DNA of 64,000 nucleotides. It comes from Candidatus Cloacimonadota bacterium (lineage in GTDB: Bacteria > Muiribacteriota > UBA6191). This document shows, in pieces, positions 61,685 through 64,000 of the stretch. The stretch is from contig JACFNL010000009.1 in assembly GCA_019454875.1 (NCBI GenBank), forward strand, positions 168-64,167, in the 5' to 3' direction. The notes under the pieces are model-generated. The model made no database searches and was not told the origin of the DNA. It saw nothing but the letters and a program-made list of their open reading frames with translations. How positions within the stretch are numbered: the stretch's first letter is position 1; each line of letters opens with the position of its first letter. A program made the translations under genes and the position numbers.

Positions 61685-62224
61685 ATGGAAAAGTATATTG
61701 AGCTTCTGAAAGACAAATGTTGGAGAATAGCTGATTTCTACAGAGAGACAATATCTCCTGAGCCGATTACTGGCAAGCTAATCAAAGCATCGCACATGTT
61801 TCTTGTAATTGCAGATTATGGAGCAAGTTTCAGATATTGTGGAATATCTATAATTAAAAAGGAAGATCTGACACTGATTGAGACACTTGCGATTCATGAG
61901 CTAGAGAATTCAGATGCAAGCAGTAACTCTGAAATTCAGAATGTAGATTTCATTGATATTGATAATGACATGCATACACTCTTATGGTCCATCGCAAAAG
62001 CCAATGTGGCGATTTCGATCTATCGTGAGTCGATCGACCCAAATCAATTTTATATAGCCAATAATTTAGAGGTACACCAGAACAGCATTTCAGGGATTTA
62101 TTATGATAAAAATGGTTGGAAAAAAGGAACTTTTTGTATGAACATACAGGATATCACTCAGCTATCCTTGTTTGGAGTGTATGAATCTTACATAATTGAA
62201 CAAGGATCGAAACTAAGAGCCTGA
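61685..62224 (+). CDS. Hypothetical protein (low-GC islet)
   Basis: 179 aa with strong RBS AAGGAG. No motif recognised. AT-rich codon usage relative to the rest of the window. Confidence 0.45.
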   Translation: MEKYIELLKDKCWRIADFYRETISPEPITGKLIKASHMFLVIADYGASFRYCGISIIKKEDLTLIETLAIHELENSDASSNSEIQNVDFIDIDNDMHTLLWSIAKANVAISIYRESIDPNQFYIANNLEVHQNSISGIYYDKNGWKKGTFCMNIQDITQLSLFGVYESYIIEQGSKLRA

Positions 62225-62333
62225 ATTGTACCGGGGTTTTCTGGAGATTCAATAATCAAAAGGTGTTGGAAAAATAAAATGCCATATCAGTTTTTGGCAA
62301 GAAAAACCCATACGGCAATTATTATACTGAATT

Positions 62334-63347
62334 TCAGATTACTTCAAGGTGGGCCTGCAAAGCACCGGAGTTTTTGATTTCCTGAAGGATCGCTATCAGG
62401 TCGGATGTTTTGATTCCCATGAGATTGAGAGTGTTCACAAGCTCGGAAACGGTGCTTCCTCTGTTCATTTCGACCATGGATTCAGGGCTGCCAGTTTGAT
62501 TGAGCTGGTTTCCAACCTGAATCATCATGGATTTGTGGGCAATGGCTATAGGGGAGACTTTAACATCGCCTCCAAGAATTACGGTGCCAGTTCTTTCATT
62601 TACGACAACCTTGGCCATCTGGTCCACAGTGATTTCCATGCTTTCCAGCTGGGATATAAAATCTACGGGGTTATTCTGAAAACTGAAGGGCACCCGGATG
62701 TTTACCCGTCTGGAGTCTGTAGCCTGGGCCAGAATCTGGTTGTATCTCAGATTGATGGATTCTGCCAACTGATTTGCTGTGGCAAAGTCACCGTTGAGAA
62801 GTACATACTGAATTTGTCTGTCTTTCATATAGGGCATTGGCAGGGCCAGTTCCACAATTCCACCATTGGGGATGCGGCCTACAGTCTGATGTCCGCCTTG
62901 ACCACGGCCACCACCCTGAGTCATACCCCCAACAGAGACTGCACCCTGGGCTACTGCATACACCTGTCCGTCAGCTCCCATAAGAGGTGTCTGCAAGAGC
63001 ACGCCACCCTGAAGGCTTCCAGCATCCCCGACTGTGGATACAGTCACATCGATGGTGTCGCCTGGATTCAAGAATGGTCCTAGCTCGGCAGTGATGACCA
63101 CGGCTGCTGCATTTTTAGGCTGAATGTTGAGATTAGCTAGCTGCATTCCCAGATTTCTCATGGTGTTTCCAAGCATTTCACGAGTAATAGGGGTTTTGTC
63201 ACCTGTCCCATTCAGGCCGATGACAATGCCTGTGCCTACAAGCTGGTTTTTACGAACTCCGTCCAGTCTGGCAATGTCCTTTAATCTTGCGGCCATGGAC
63301 CAGATTTGTGTCTGGGCCAGGAAAAGGATGAGTATCAGTTTTAACAT
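62334..63347 (-). CDS. flgI: Flagellar P-ring protein FlgI
   Basis: 337 aa with a signal peptide, then RLKDIARLDGVRKNQLVGTGIVIGLNGTGD...TVSTVGDAGSLQGGVLLQTPL...LVNTLNLMGIKTSDLIAILQEIKNSGALQAHLEVI, the canonical FlgI pattern. Confidence 0.95.
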   Translation of the reverse strand: MLKLILILFLAQTQIWSMAARLKDIARLDGVRKNQLVGTGIVIGLNGTGDKTPITREMLGNTMRNLGMQLANLNIQPKNAAAVVITAELGPFLNPGDTIDVTVSTVGDAGSLQGGVLLQTPLMGADGQVYAVAQGAVSVGGMTQGGGRGQGGHQTVGRIPNGGIVELALPMPYMKDRQIQYVLLNGDFATANQLAESINLRYNQILAQATDSRRVNIRVPFSFQNNPVDFISQLESMEITVDQMAKVVVNERTGTVILGGDVKVSPIAIAHKSMMIQVGNQLNQTGSPESMVEMNRGSTVSELVNTLNLMGIKTSDLIAILQEIKNSGALQAHLEVI

Positions 63348-63370
63348 GTGTTTCTCCTTACTGGATGGGA

Positions 63371-64000
63371 TTAGAGCAGTCCGCCAAAAATCTTTTGTAA
63401 AAAGCCGCCTCTTTGGCTTCTGTGAAATGTACCTTTACCTATCATCTCAATCTGGGCATTGGCAATTTTTTGAGAGTTGACCTGATTGTTTATGACATCT
63501 TCGGGCCTGACATGACCGGTCACTTTAAACTCCTGCTTTTCACCATTTACCTGAACAGATTTTGAGCCTTCAAGATACAGGTTTCCATTGGGAAGTATCT
63601 GTTTGATCATGACAGACATGTAGCTGTCTAAAGTGGAGTTCTGAGTCAGTTTGCCTTCACCGGTGAAGGTTGTGTTTGAGGCAGAGTCTGAAAGATTGTT
63701 TCCCACTACATTTAATGCCCTGCCAGGCCCACCAAGAGAAGATCCTGCCACCCCGGTCAGAACACTGGCTAACTTGGAGAAGACATCGGATTCGTAGCGA
63801 TTCTGATCCTTGACCTCAGTTTTGGAGTTGTTGGATGCTCTGGCCTCTTCCTGAATATTGATTTGAATGATATCCCCTGTTTGAAATTGCGGATTGTGTT
63901 TGCTGGTAAAATTTTGTCCGCCCTTAGCCCATAAGGATGTGGCATAGCTGGATCCTGTGCACAGTAGCGTACCAAGAATCAGACCTAGAATGTAGACTTT
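63371..64000 (-). CDS. flgH: Flagellar L-ring lipoprotein FlgH (5' end beyond window edge)
   Basis: My translation of the reverse strand from nt 64000 is an open frame: KVYILGLILGTLLCTGSS...FQTGDIIQINIQEEARASNNSKTE... It continues in frame into the track ORF (...ILPNGNLYLEGSKSVQVNGEKQEFKVTGHVRPEDV). The track start at 63751 is an internal GTG. Confidence 0.85.
   Translation of the reverse strand, partial: KVYILGLILGTLLCTGSSYATSLWAKGGQNFTSKHNPQFQTGDIIQINIQEEARASNNSKTEVKDQNRYESDVFSKLASVLTGVAGSSLGGPGRALNVVGNNLSDSASNTTFTGEGKLTQNSTLDSYMSVMIKQILPNGNLYLEGSKSVQVNGEKQEFKVTGHVRPEDVINNQVNSQKIANAQIEMIGKGTFHRSQRGGFLQKIFGGLL

Noticed and set aside
63371-63975. flgH looking truncated (126-aa track ORF), plus a separate 68-aa ORF at 63769-63975 suggesting a pseudogene
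   Set aside because: My translation shows the flgH frame is open from 63751 to nt 64000, with the lipoprotein signal (LLCTGSS) and the conserved GDIIQI block. The gene simply runs off the window, and the 68-aa ORF is out of frame.
1-64000. Sigma-54 promoters (TGGCAC-N5-TTGC), tRNA/rRNA genes, CRISPR arrays, IS elements/integrases
   Set aside because: Visual scanning found TGGCAC or GTGCCA only inside coding regions and without the -12 element. I noticed no cloverleaf-like or rRNA-like segments, spaced repeats or transposase motifs. An eye scan of 64 kb is not exhaustive.

Overview
Gene-dense bacterial chromosomal window, roughly mid-40s % GC by eye, from a flagellated diderm (flgI and flgH are present). 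The gene content would fit a delta-proteobacterium/Bdellovibrionota-like organism: Alternative Complex III plus caa3 oxidase, an NtrC-family regulator, many TPR/HEAT/Sel1 proteins and a DUF222-type HNH. Lineage cannot be established without a search. I recognised no rRNA, tRNA, CRISPR array, transposase or integrase. Layout: (i) 0.1-10 kb holds a TPR protein, a highly disordered RDN-repeat protein, and a tightly overlapped minus-strand operon (nrnA, glutaredoxin-like, a CxxC-less mrp/apbC homolog, an SDR, two PTPS/QueD paralogs). It also holds a GAFTGA-less NtrC-family regulator, dcd and an orphan NuoE-like ferredoxin. (ii) 10.3-26.7 kb holds a permease, then a 15-kb co-directional respiratory supercluster: actA, a 67-aa ORF, actB, actC, fused actDE, actF, cytochrome c, SCO1, ctaD, ctaE, coxIV, ctaC, ctaB and an unknown membrane protein. 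(iii) 26.7-30.8 kb holds leuS plus a secreted protein. (iv) 30.9-57.8 kb is an accessory-looking region almost devoid of recognisable enzymes. It contains two HEAT proteins, a 1991-aa thioester-less alpha-2-macroglobulin and a GspE/PilB ATPase. It also contains four prepilin-type proteins interleaved with novel secreted proteins (two share a private C-terminal domain), ogt, a permuted NlpC/P60-like protein, a 740-aa glycine-zipper protein and a Sel1/TPR/lipoprotein operon. (v) 57.8-64 kb holds a Nudix-fold protein with a fully degenerate Nudix box, a lipoprotein, a SEC-C protein, and a low-GC islet (HNH endonuclease, two orphans, CTGTNACAG operator-like repeats). It ends with flgI and flgH, which runs off the window. 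The best candidate for an undescribed system is the type-IV-filament-like locus at 38.6-48.3 kb, which has no platform protein and no secretin, together with its linked A2M and neighbouring secretome genes. All homology calls come from motif recognition by eye; none has been checked by a database search.
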